In this document: positions 15,769 through 27,213 of the stretch, piece after piece
Layout: every line of letters begins with the position of its first letter
Numbering within the stretch: the stretch's first letter is position 1
Assembly: GCA_964016885.1 (NCBI GenBank)
Contig: OZ024742.1
Location: 25,854,001 to 25,918,000 of the forward strand
Length of the DNA: 64,000 bases
Direction: 5' to 3'
DNA from: Eledone cirrhosa
Lineage: Eukaryota
Translations under genes and position numbers: made by a program
The notes under the pieces: generated by a model
Told to the model about the DNA's origin: nothing
The model's database searches: none
What the model saw: the letters and a program-made list of their open reading frames with translations, nothing else

Positions 15769-15831
<63 letters not shown>

Positions 15832-15877
15832 AAAGAACAGAGGTGTATCACACGAGTTGTGATATAATAGTAAAAGG

Positions 15878-18800
15878 AAAAGAACATGCTGACAAATTTT
15901 TCCCAGTGAAAAATAGTTTAATTAGTAATAAGTATATGTTAGTATTTAGTTTTAGTTTTAAGTTTTTACCGGTTGCGCATTTCTAATGCTTTTCAAAAAT
16001 AATTTTGAGATAGAGCGCCCGTGATGTTTGCTCTAATCTGATCAGTTTTGGAAATTCTACATGTTTTATGAGAAACAAGTGGCTTCAGAGGTATTAAAAT
16101 TTGGTTGGTTGCTGAATATTACGTGAATAAGTACCAGAAGGCCACCTATAACACCATAATCCAACATGGCACAAAGAAACACAGATCCATACTCGCAATA
16201 AAGGAACACCCCATTCAATCCACAACCACGAACCCGAACCACATTTTACAACAACAAGGAATATAACAAACACAGGAGACCACTTAACATCAGCAGACAA
16301 CCCCGCTACCCCAACCATTTTTTAGACACAGCACACAGATACAGGCAAACAAAATAACACAAGACAGGGAGGATAACCGAGAGTAATAAAAATTATCAAT
16401 CTAACTAGTGCCGAACCAACACCCAACCTTATCAACTTACTCTCCAAAGGTCTTAAATTCACTCCGATCCCACTACGTCCTAACTACTATAAAATGAAGG
16501 AAGACATCACAGATTTCTGTAGAAAGTTACGACTCAGTGATGAACTATTGGACCAGTACAATGAGGATGAATCATTAGCCAGAAATAGAAGCAACTATAC
16601 CCCATCAAAAGGTAGAAATAAAATCCTGGACGAATTCTGTGAACACATCACAAACTTCCCTTACCAACACTTGCACAGACAAAAACACAATCCAAACCTC
16701 AACAAGAAAGAATGGGATGAATTAAATAGATTAAAAACCGACCGAACCATAACAATTAAAGAAGCTGATAAAGGGAGTACAGTAGTCCTAATGGAGACAG
16801 AATTCTATATCAACTTAGCGCTCTCCAGTTTAGAAAACGAAACATACTACGAAAAGGCTGAACACTACAATCAACAGAAAATTATGGGAAACCTAAAAAC
16901 TCTGATCAACCAATACAAAGAAGGACTCACTAACAAGGAATTCAGCTTCATCACAGACTTCACAAGTAAATCCAGCCTTTTCTACGGTATCTCTAAATAG
17001 TCATCAATGTCCCCTCACCCAATGATCTCAAATTAAGACCTATAATAGCAGGCCCCAACTGCAAAACCCACCGCCTTAGCAACTTCATTGATTCCCTTCT
17101 CAAGCCTTTTCTCAAACACATCAAAAGCTATATAAGGGACCACCTAGATATGCTCAATCACCTCCCTAATATGTCCCTTTCTGAACAAACCCTACTAGTG
17201 ACGTTCGATGTAGTCCACCTATACTCCAACATCCCCCACAACCTAGGAATAGAACCTATCCAATTCTAGCTGGATAATTACCACAATGAACTCCCACAAC
17301 GCATCAAAAAAGAATTCGTGATAGAGGGACTCAAATTTATCTTGGAGAACAATTACTTCGTTTTCAATAACAAATCCTACAGGCAGAAATCTGGGACCGC
17401 TATGGGAACGAAAACAGCCCCCACTTATGCCAACCTAGTCATGGGATACCTGGAAATCACCCTCTACACTAAAGTACTAAACAAATTTGGAAACACTCTC
17501 CACTTACATATAGAAAAGAATTGGAAGCGATATCTAGATGACTGCTTTATCCTTTGGCACGAAAACATCGAGAAACTTAAAGATTTCACACCCTTATAAA
17601 TTTGCTCAACTCGAATATTAACTTTACGATGGAATACAACCATCAACAACTCCCCTTCCTCGACATCCTCATTAAGATTCATAACAAAAAAAATAGAACA
17701 GACATATACTACAAGCCCACAGACTCCAAGCAATATCTTCCTTTCAACTCTTGCCACCCTAGACACGTTAAAATTAATATTCCCTACAACTTAGCCAAGA
17801 GAATCTGTACTATAGTCTCCAATAAAAACACCTGTTACTTACGGCTATAAGAACTAAAGGACACACTCATAGGTAGGGACCACCCTGCATCGTTAATTGA
17901 CAATGGAATACAACGTGCCCTAAAACTCAGTACCCAGGACCTTAGAAACCCTAAAATAAATCAACCGAAACTAAAAGCTCTTCCATACATCTCTACACAC
18001 AACCCCTCAACAATGAGGCCTTTGACACCATCGTCCAGAATATCCCTGTGTTAAAAAAGGACCATAGAATGAACCAAATCCTACGAACACACGATATGAT
18101 AAAGAGCAAAAGACAGTCTAAGTGAATGAAAAACATCCTAGTACATGCCAAAGTACTGCCAACGACAACAACGAAACCCACAGTAAAAAAAATGCGATAG
18201 ACCCAACTGTGACATATGCATCAACCTAATAGAGGGTTCGGAATTCTATTTCAAAGAAGGACAACGTTTTATAGTAAAACACAATTTCACATGCGCATCA
18301 GAAAATCTAATATATGTATTAAATTGGTCAGGTTGTCGAGAACAATACATAGGCCAGCCCCAAAACAGCCTCCGCCAACGCATGACGATCCATAGATCCC
18401 AAATTAAAATACGGGAATACAGAAAAATACCACTGAGTGAACAAATTGATAATTGCGCCGCCCAAAATCATCCCAACTTTAGAATCTTTCCCCTCTACAA
18501 ATTTAAAGATAATGCCACCCACACCCAGCGCATCAGCAAGGAATCTCACTTTAGTAACAAATACGGACCCCGTCTAAACACTTCTCCCTAAGACGAACCC
18601 ACAACATACACACGTCAACATATATACCTACATCAGCATACATCCTACATACATTTCTATCCACATATAAACACAATGACATACGTAAACCCACATGTTC
18701 TATGGTGCAACACAAATATACACAAATTTGCATACCTTTTGATGTCTATAGATATAAACGTGCCGACACACACACATACATATACGCACACATGCATTGC

Positions 18801-19231
18801 ACACTGATGGGCTCATACATATTTGTACACAAGTATTCCCATACGGCAGAGCCTAATGGATTCCCCTTGCAGTACGTACAATCTGGACACTCACACACAC
18901 CTTGGTGTTATGACAATACTATACATCATTTCACCCCTTTTATTATTAATGTTTTTGATGTTCTTTTGAGAGAATCGTTTTTGCAAATTACTGAAAATAT
19001 CGAATAATGTACACCGTTTTTACCAGTATCACAAAAATACTGGTCCATCGACACACACACACACGCATATACACGCGTACACTAACCTATAAACAGACAT
19101 ATACACACACACACACACACTTTACCGTATAAGACAAGAGCTGAAAAATATCCTTCAACATGTTAAAATATCCCCCACACACGTACAGACACATTCCTAC
19201 TGACCGAATCCCTCTACCACGAACCTCTCTG

Positions 19232-19287
<56 letters not shown>

Positions 19288-19856
19288 TTGTCTTAATAGA
19301 AAACTGAACTGTTGACCTTTCAACATGACTGCAATTCACACACACATCCCTACTGACCATTATCACAACAATGAACCTCTTTACCACACACCCACACACA
19401 CACATATTTGTCTTAAAATACTTATTTTTCAGTGACTTCTCAATCAGGCGAAAATGGACACTCTTCGACAAACCTACATTTGGCGCAAAATCAATTTTTA
19501 ACATTCACGTGACCTCTATCGACCAATCAAAATTGTTTTGACTACAAGAATTTTTGCAACACGAATTGGCGCGAAACTTATAGTACTCATTCACGTGACA
19601 TTCAACAACCAACCAAATCTTAATTCTTCTGGAGCCACTTTTTTCGCATAAAACAGGTAGAATTTCCAAAACTGATCAGATTAGAGCAAACATCCCGGGC
19701 GCTCTATGTCAACATTATTTTTTAAAATAATTAGAAATGCGCAACTGGTGAATACTTAAAACTAAAACTGAAAACTAAACAATACTTATTACTAATTTTT
19801 ACTTATTCCTAATTAAACTATTTTTCACTGGGAAAAATTTGTCAGCATTTTCTTTT
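15878..19856 (+). mobile_element. Penelope-like element (PLE) with inverted 5' pseudo-LTR copy
   Basis: 15878-16134 is the diverged reverse complement of 19583-19856. These repeats enclose RT and GIY-YIG coding remnants. Confidence 0.88.
16385..18591 (+). pseudogene. PLE RT-GIY-YIG polyprotein with multiple stops and frameshifts
   Basis: IINLT..LLSKGLKFTP, IKEADKG, RPIIAG, GTAMGTKTAPTYANL, RYLDD, LPFLD, YYKPTD..QYL..SCHP, linker CDRPNCDIC, and LIYVLNWSGCREQYIGQ..LRQRM..H. Confidence 0.9.
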
Positions 19857-19958
19857 ATATAGTGGTGGGACACTGGAAGGTAATATCCGTAGTGGTAGAG
19901 CACTCAATCCAAGGGACGTGTTAGGTAGAAATGGTTACACAACAGTTAGTTCACCATA

Positions 19959-19998
19959 CCGAGAACAATTGTTTCACCTTCGCGGATCTTCAGCACGG
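19959..19998 (-). ncRNA. Minimal hammerhead ribozyme motif, tandem copy 1
   Basis: The - strand reads CCGTG-CTGAAGA-TCC GCGAA GGT-GAAA-CAATTG-TT-CTCGG. Stem I pairs 4/5 and stem III is the palindrome CAATTG. Confidence 0.6.
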
Positions 19999-20040
19999 AT
20001 CTTCATCCCAAAGTTCTTACACAACAGTTAGTTCACCATA

Positions 20041-20077
20041 CCGAGAACAATTGTTTCACCTTAGTGGATCCTCAGCT
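20041..20077 (-). ncRNA. Minimal hammerhead ribozyme motif, tandem copy 2
   Basis: The - strand reads AG-CTGAGGA-TCC ACTAA GGT-GAAA-CAATTG-TT-CTCGG. An inverted partial copy follows at 20076-20127. Confidence 0.55.
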
Positions 20078-20132
20078 AAGGTAAAACAATTGTTCTCGGT
20101 ATGGTTAACTAACTGTTGTGTAACCACTTCAC

Positions 20133-20196
<64 letters not shown>

Positions 20197-20198
20197 CA

Positions 20199-20765
20199 TT
20201 GATCACTTTGATAGGTTTCGGCCAGTATTCACTCAGGCCATGTCTAACTCAATAGTACCACATGGCGAAGTCTTACAAATCACGATTTGGGCACCATGGC
20301 CCACTCGAGCAGAGAGTTATTGTTTACGGAGGCATATCCGGGTGTAGGAGGCTTATCCGGGATTTCTTGAAGGAAATTTTCCAAAGTCTTCTTGAACTTA
20401 ATGGGGTCTGTTTCTGTTTTCATGTGTTTGGTGTAATGTTAAAGAGTACAGGGCCAATTGAGGTGAAATAATTGTGCCGTATTGTTGTTATGAGATGCGA
20501 GTGAGATTTTTGTCGTGGGCGGATAGCACGGGGCCCAAGTCTTGGGTGTACATTAAAGGTGATGCCAACATCATTTGGGCAAATCTGATGGAATATTTTC
20601 CACATCATGCAGATAATGTAGCGCTCACAGCGACGTTGGAGAGAATAATGGTTGAGCTTTTGTAATCGACTCCAATAGTCATGGCCTGTCATGTCATCTA
20701 TCTTTTTTTTTAATCAATATTTGGAGTGCCTTAACTTTCATGATACTTTGTTTCCGGTGGAGAGA
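20199..20765 (-). mobile_element. 3' fragment of a CR1/L2-group LINE
   Basis: ORF 20420-20692 reads DYWSRLQKLNHYSLQRRCERY..GPVLFN, homologous to the C-terminus in ORF 15080-15676. The fragment is flanked by (TA)n on both sides. Confidence 0.8.
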
Positions 20766-20780
20766 CCACAGTGGACAATG

Positions 20781-20828
<48 letters not shown>

Positions 20829-21194
20829 ATAATAATAAATTTGAAGACTAAAATCCAAAGAGGGCTCGATAAGGATAAATATATATCAAATATATCAGAA
20901 CCGTAGAGCATATATTTATTAAAATAACAGATTAAAGTTTATGCAAAGAATCGCTGCTTTCACTCTTAACGGGATCTTCTGAAACTAACAAGGTCAATCT
21001 GTAAACGCAGAACTGGATATTTAAAAAAACGTTGCAACCGAAGGAAGACAGGAAGACGATACTTTGGTTCGTGGAAACGTTCGCTGGCTAAGAACGGGAA
21101 AAAACGAATATAATACGTCAATAATAGGAGCGGGGAAAAACAATTACGCGCAAAGACAGAACCACGTTTATGGTATACTATATATATTATTCAG

Positions 21195-21995
21195 TTTGAC
21201 CTGTTTAGCTTGATTTGTTTTTTGGCTTAGGTGGTTAATGCCTTCTTGACCACTTTTTCAGTTTGTATGGCGATTTAACCTATTGTTTACCTCTAGTTTT
21301 CTTAACTATTGGAGCGCTTGCCAGCATTTCTACGATTTTGCGTTTCGTTACGCTTTTTCTACCGGCCGAAATACGATTCTCGCTGAATATATATTTGTAT
21401 TAAGCTCCCGAGTCTTACAATTAACCTGTTAATTATTCTATTGACAGATTAATTGCATAAGTTTATTTTAAAAACTACCTGGTTGAGTGCTTATTCGATT
21501 TGTGCTATCTATGCAATTTTTTGTATGATATACACATACTGAATTCATTTGCCGAAATCTGGGGAATTTCCCCTTGTGAGTTACACATGTGCTTTTAGAA
21601 AGTTGCGTTTTATTCACAAAGTTGGTTACAGAGCAAAATACCTGTTGATAACGTGATATTCCTTGTTTCTTCTTTATGCTAAAAGCTTATAATTTTAAGC
21701 AAACAGTATTATTGATTTAGGTGTCATAGAAACCCTGCATTTGGATTTTACCATCAACTCCATTCGGGTCCAGGTCTGTTTTTATCATTTATTTTGTTTG
21801 ACCTGTTTAGCTTGATTTGTTTTTTGGCTCAGGTGGTTAATGCCTTCTTGAACATGTTTTAAGTTTGTATGGCATTTTAACATATTGTTTAGCTCTAGTT
21901 TTCATAATTATTGGAGCGCTTGCCAGCATTTCTACGATTTTGCGTTTCGTTTCGCTTTTTCTACCGGCCGATACGATTCTCGCCGAATTTATATT

Positions 21996-21998
<3 letters not shown>
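21195..21998. repeat. ~200-bp direct repeat (21195-21400 and 21795-21998)
   Basis: GTTTGACCTGTTTAGCTTGATTTGTTTTTTGGCT...ATATTTGTAT occurs twice, 600 bp apart. Confidence 0.85.
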
Positions 21999-22056
<58 letters not shown>

Positions 22057-22256
22057 TTCTTTAGGTTTGTTGGTTCACCACTGGATAGAACAGGTCATTC
22101 CGTATGATCAATCCTGGTGTAATATTGTGAAGAGTACTCAATCAGTGCCGTTCTCCCATCTTCGTTTGTGTAGTTGGTGGTGCGAATACGGAGTTAATTA
22201 TAAATGAAATAAAATAACAGGAGGCTGGACTGGTGTAAATCCTTGAACGGTGTATT

Positions 22257-22314
22257 ATACTATGATCATTTCAATGACCGGGTTCCATATGAATCCGGTG
22301 ATATCATCAGGTAT
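22257..22314 (-). ncRNA. Minimal type I hammerhead ribozyme motif
   Basis: Reverse-complement copy of 24446-24503 with the core intact. Confidence 0.82.
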
Positions 22315-23242
22315 TGGAATATAACAAAGGAATATGTAAAAAACCATAGGGCCGAAAAATCAGAGACAGAGACAGAGAGGACGACTGACCAACTAGCTTC
22401 TCGGCCAATCGCCCTCAAAGTATTGGCAACTGAAGCTTCTAATGAATATCTGGTGAGGGGGAGAAGGCTTATAATGCATTACCACCACTCCGTCAAAGAA
22501 GAAAGCCAAGAAAAAAAGAAAGGGAGAAAGAAGAGTAGTGTAAAGGGTCATACTACATTCATGCTAAAAAATGCCGCGAAAAAATGCTACCCCAGAGAAT
22601 CTATAATGGGTGTTTGTATGGTCTAATATGTGAACCGAAGATTGGAACGTTAAATTTATGTTGCGAATTATAGGATGAAATTAAATTAAATTAAAAATAT
22701 TAAATTGCAAAATGATAAATTGAAAAATAAGTTAGAGAATTAAAGATTAAGGTAGCGAGATTTATTTATTTAATGAACTTGCGGAGAGAGTCTTATATGA
22801 AAACATTTATCTCGATAAGATATAATGAAATAATGCTCCTATAATGTTGAGCACTTCAAAATGTAATATTGAACAGCGGCACTGACTTCAGTGTACAGCT
22901 ATTACCAGCATGGGATTAACTGATCTACTTGCCATTCGGATTTTGGCTGCTCTGCGCCTTATCTACCGCCGCCTGATACTAATTCCTTGTCGGGATGATT
23001 CTGATTCCGACAAAACTCTACGTATCATACTAAAACATGTATTGTATTGACTAAATTCTCTACTCTATACCTCAGGACTTTTTGTGATCGCACTGAATTC
23101 GGAGACCCGAACTTTACACTAGGTATAACCTGTTACCATTCCATCTCCTCCATCCTCTATATCTATATCTATATGTACAACTTGTATTATCTTACTACAA
23201 CTTGATCTATATTGATTCTTATTTACCTTTATTAATTTACAG

Positions 23243-23310
23243 GGTCAATAAAATAAAGTACCAGTAATGCACTGGGTATTTGCTGGCCTTGTGCCTAAAG
23301 TAGAAACAAT
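23243..23310 (+). mobile_element. SINE family A 3' fragment
   Basis: GGGTCAATAAAATAAAGTACCAGTAATGCACTGGG..GGCCTTGTGCCTAAAGTAGAAACAATT. Confidence 0.75.
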
Positions 23311-24445
23311 TAATTTTTAATTATTTCATTAATGTATATTTTTTATTATTTTATTATTTATTATTTTATCAATGTATTTTTATCAATGTATTCTATCTTT
23401 ATATTGGTATTTTATCTTTGTATTTTTTGTAACTTTTCCTCACTCAGGTCATTATGCACCTTTCATAGCCCCCTACCCACCTCAGAACCACACTACTTAC
23501 AACCCGGACTAACTGGGACTTTAAAATAATGTTGGTCTATTTGCACTTTTCATTGGGTTGCTACCTTCGACTTGTGTGGTGGCTTTTTCCCGGCTGCGCG
23601 CTGGGCACTCGGAAAGTTCAGCCTTCCTTTAGTGCTCGGAAAAATAAATTTCTCCTCTTTCGGTAAACGAAATTACTCGGAGCGGGTTGCTTTGCTCCGG
23701 TTCCACCACGCTGCCTGTTTTGGCCACCACATTATACTTGTACCTACAAACTCCAGGTTTAGGCATAACTATTAGCTGTATCATGCCTCTATTGGCACGT
23801 AAAAAAACCCCTCATGTGGGATTTAATAGTATTCTTTTGGTATAGACGATGGCCTGTCGAAATTGTGGAGTTCCCGCTAGTGCTCCCGAAGCCTAAGGTA
23901 GCTACGTTCCTAGAGTACCCGGAAAAATTAATTTCCATTTCTTTCGCTGGACGATACCTCTCGAGACTGGCTGACTCATGGTGGAGGGTGTGCTGGCTGG
24001 GAAGCCCAATCGAAAACTTTACTCTATATCCCATCCTATTATCTTATCGAGATAAATGTTTTCATATACGACTCTCCGTAAGTTCATTAAATAAATAAAT
24101 CTCACTACCTTACTTTTTCAATTTATCAATTTGCAATTTAATATTTTTAATTTAATTTAATTTCATCCTATAACTCGTAACATAAGTTTAACGTTCCAAT
24201 CTTCGGTTCACATATTAGACCATACAGACAGCCATTATAGATTCTCCGGGGTAGCATTTTTTCGCGGCATTTTCTAGCATAAATGTAGTATGACCCTTTA
24301 CACTACTCTTCTTTCTCCCTTTCTTTTTTTCTTCCCTTTCTTTGAAGGCGATTGGGCGAGAAGCTAGTTGGTCAGTCGTCCTCTCTGTCTCTGTCTCTGA
24401 TTTTTCGGACCCATGGTTTTTTACATATTCCTTTGTTATATTCCA

Positions 24446-24503
24446 ATACCTGATGATATCACCGGATTCATATGGAACCCGGTCATTGAAATGATCATAG
24501 TAT
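24446..24503 (+). ncRNA. Minimal type I hammerhead ribozyme motif
   Basis: ATAC-CTGATGA-TATCACCGGATTC ATATG GAACCCGGTCATT-GAAA-TGATCA-TA-GTAT. Stem I is ATAC/GTAT, stem II is long, stem III is the palindrome TGATCA, and the site is AUA. AATAAA follows immediately at 24504-24509. Confidence 0.85.
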
Positions 24504-24618
24504 AATAAACCGTTCAAGGATTTACACCAGTCCAGCCTCCTGTTATTTTATTTCATATATATATATATATATATTATATGTATATATTTATCATATATAT
24601 ATCTATATATATACATTG

Positions 24619-24650
<32 letters not shown>

Positions 24651-24665
24651 ATAATATATATATAT

Positions 24666-24846
24666 AATTGTTTCTACTTTAGGCACAAGGCCAGCGATTA
24701 CCCAGTGCATTACTGGTACTTTATTTTATCGACCCTAAGGATGAAAGGCAAAGTTAACCTTGGCGGGATTTGAACTAAGATCGTAAAGGGACATAACTAT
24801 GCTGGAAAGCATGGCGTCCGACCCTCTACCGATACTGCCAATCCCA
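24666..24846 (-). mobile_element. tRNA-derived SINE family A, full length
   Basis: On the - strand: A-box TGGCAGTATCGG, B-box GTTCAAATCC, central TTTGCCTTTCATCCTT..GGGTCGATAAAATAAAGTACC, and 3' end GGCCTTGTGCCTAAAGTAGAAACAATTAT. Confidence 0.85.
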
Positions 24847-24987
24847 CTCAATTATAATATATATATATAATACTTATATATTATATATATATATAATATA
24901 AGTATGTACACTTACATACATTTATGTATACAGACGTACAGTAATTTCGTTTCTAATTTTTCCGTATATATATATATATATAAATAA

Positions 24988-25231
24988 TGAGTAATCAATG
25001 AACCATATTAATCTTTGGTTATATATATATATATTATATATATATATATTATATAATATATATATATATTCATATATATATATATATATAATATATTATA
25101 TATATATATATTATATAATATATATATATATTCATATATATATATATATATATAATATATATATACAATATATATATATATATATATATAATATATATAA
25201 CCAAAGATTAATATGGTTCATTGATTACTCA
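24988..25231. repeat. TA-centred palindrome with 33-bp unique arms
   Basis: TGAGTAATCAATGAACCATATTAATCTTTGGTT ...(TA-rich)... AACCAAAGATTAATATGGTTCATTGATTACTCA. Confidence 0.9.
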
Positions 25232-25293
25232 ATGAATATAGTTTTAAAATAGATTAAAAACACTCTACAAGTTTTCTGGAGTTATTAATATTT

Positions 25294-25470
25294 CGGCAAT
25301 ATCGGTAGAGGGTCGGACGCCATGCTTTCCAGCATAGTTACGTCCCTTTACGATCTGACTTCAAATCCCGCAGAGGTTGCCTTTGCCTTTCATCCTTACG
25401 GGGTCGATAAAATAAAGTACCAGTAATACATTGGGTATTTGCTGGCCTTGTGCTTAAAGTAGAAACAGTT
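25294..25470 (+). mobile_element. tRNA-derived SINE family A, full length
   Basis: CGGCAATATCGGTAGAGGGTCGGACGCC...CTTCAAATCCCG...GTAGAAACAGTTATT. Confidence 0.85.
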
Positions 25471-25640
25471 ATTAATATTATTCTATATATTAATAAATGA
25501 AGACGTTCACATAATCAAAATATGTTTTATTATATATATTTTTGAGATAGGGTGCTGTTTCAGTACGTCCTCATCAGATCAAATATATGAATTGACATAC
25601 CTCAACTGTCTTGATGGTTCAATTCCAGTATTGGCAGTAT

Positions 25641-25689
<49 letters not shown>

Positions 25690-26049
25690 TTAGTTAAGCA
25701 AAACAAGACCACACATTTCACAAGGAAGAAATTATTAAAAGACTGTCAACATATTTTAGTTTGATGTAAGTAATGTAGAAAATAATAATAAAAATATTAA
25801 TAATAATAATGTCCGTTTTCAATTGATTCGCTACTCCATTAAATATTTCTGGATCAAACGATTATATATCATTATTCGAAAATAATTAACATAGGTAAAC
25901 ATAGAGCAACTCATCGGAACCTCAAACGGAATATAAATTAAAATAAGGAAAGAAAGTTACATAAATGTAATGTTTCATATATTGGTATTTCAGTATTGTG
26001 TTCTGGGTATATAAATTGGCTCCATAGCCGCGCAGTATTCTTCTGTATG

Positions 26050-26080
<31 letters not shown>

Positions 26081-26169
26081 TATATAATATATATAGTATA
26101 TATATTATATATATATATTATATATATATATATTATATATATATTATATATATATATATATATTATATA

Positions 26170-26245
<76 letters not shown>

Positions 26246-26354
26246 GTATTAAGGATACTATTTATGGTTATGCAAATACAAAAACCTTTTGTAGTTATAT
26301 ATTTACAAACCCTAAATAGTGATAGGCAGTAATATATTACTATCTTATTACCAG

Positions 26355-26520
26355 TAAGTTATATATATATAAATATATATATATATATACTTACAAAAGA
26401 ATACTGCTCGGCTATTGCAGAAAATATATATATATATATATATATATTGTCTGCAATAGCCGAGCAGTATTCTTTTGTAAGTATGTATATATATATATAT
26501 ATTTATATATATATAACTTA
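26355..26520. repeat. TA-centred palindrome
   Basis: ACTTACAAAAGAATACTGCTCGGCTATTGCAG ...(TA)n... CTGCAATAGCCGAGCAGTATTCTTTTGTAAGT, with outer arms extending to TAAGTT/AACTTA. Confidence 0.9.
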
Positions 26521-26940
26521 TATATATATATATAATTAACAATAACAGGCCAGACATAGCTATCAATGTCTAGATAATAAGAGCTGACAACCATGTTGCG
26601 ATGGATTTTGTCAGTTGTCAAATGGAAATCTTACTGAAAAGGGAAGAATCACACTTCAAAAATATCATAAACAGCGTTAATAAACTAATAATAAATACCC
26701 ATAACAACAACAATATGAACACGACAACAATATAATAACATTGACAATACAAAGAGTAAGAAGGAATAAAATGATGAAGAAGGAATATTGAAGATAAAGA
26801 TCAAAGACGTAAAATTAAATGAAAGTAAGAGGAAAACAAATGAATGATGTAAAAATTAAGCGACGATGAAAGCAGAAAGCAAAATGAAAAGAAAATGATG
26901 AAATGAAGAAAAGGAAAAATAATAATAACAACAGTAATTA

Positions 26941-27185
26941 TAATTGTTTCTACTTTTTGCACAAGGCCAGCAATTATCCCAGTCCATTACTGAATAATAA
27001 TTGTTTCTACTTTAGGCACAAGGCCAGCGATTACCCAGTACATTACTGGTACTTTATTTTATCGACCCTGTAAGGATGAAAGGCAAAGTTAACCTTGGCG
27101 GGATTTGAACTCAGACCGTAACGGGACGTAACTATGCTGGAAAGCATGGCATCCGACTCTCTACCGATACTGCCAATCCACCACC
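26941..27185 (-). mobile_element. SINE family A: full copy 26998-27185 plus tandem 3' fragment 26941-26992
   Basis: Same A/B boxes and 3' end as the other copies, flanked by AAT repeats. Confidence 0.85.
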
Positions 27186-27213
27186 GCATTACTTAATAAT
27201 AATAATAATAATA

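Larger units (their letters stand above)
22204..24556. mobile_element. Non-coding element with long diverging inverted repeats, each carrying a hammerhead motif (PLE pseudo-LTR-like)
   Basis: Arms 22204-22822 and 24040-24556 are reverse complements. The left arm has about 80 extra bp near 22421-22498. Confidence 0.75.

Noticed and set aside
19670-19715. SECIS-like hairpin in the PLE terminal repeat
   Set aside because: It has a helix with an AAA loop but lacks the 3' GA needed for the non-Watson-Crick quartet.
19931-20127. CRISPR-like repeat-spacer-repeat appearance
   Set aside because: There are only two direct units plus one inverted unit, the context is eukaryotic and no cas genes are present. 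Hammerhead/pLTR geometry explains it better.
22243-22626. 127-aa ORF mirrored at 24215-24517
   Set aside because: It lies antisense to the hammerhead-bearing repeat, starts at TTG and has no recognisable domain. Its duplication simply reflects the inverted repeat.
24770-24846. tRNA gene
   Set aside because: The A and B boxes belong to the SINE head; there is no complete cloverleaf.
24666-25470. Inverted pair suggesting a composite transposon
   Set aside because: The arms are two ordinary SINE A copies in opposite orientation.
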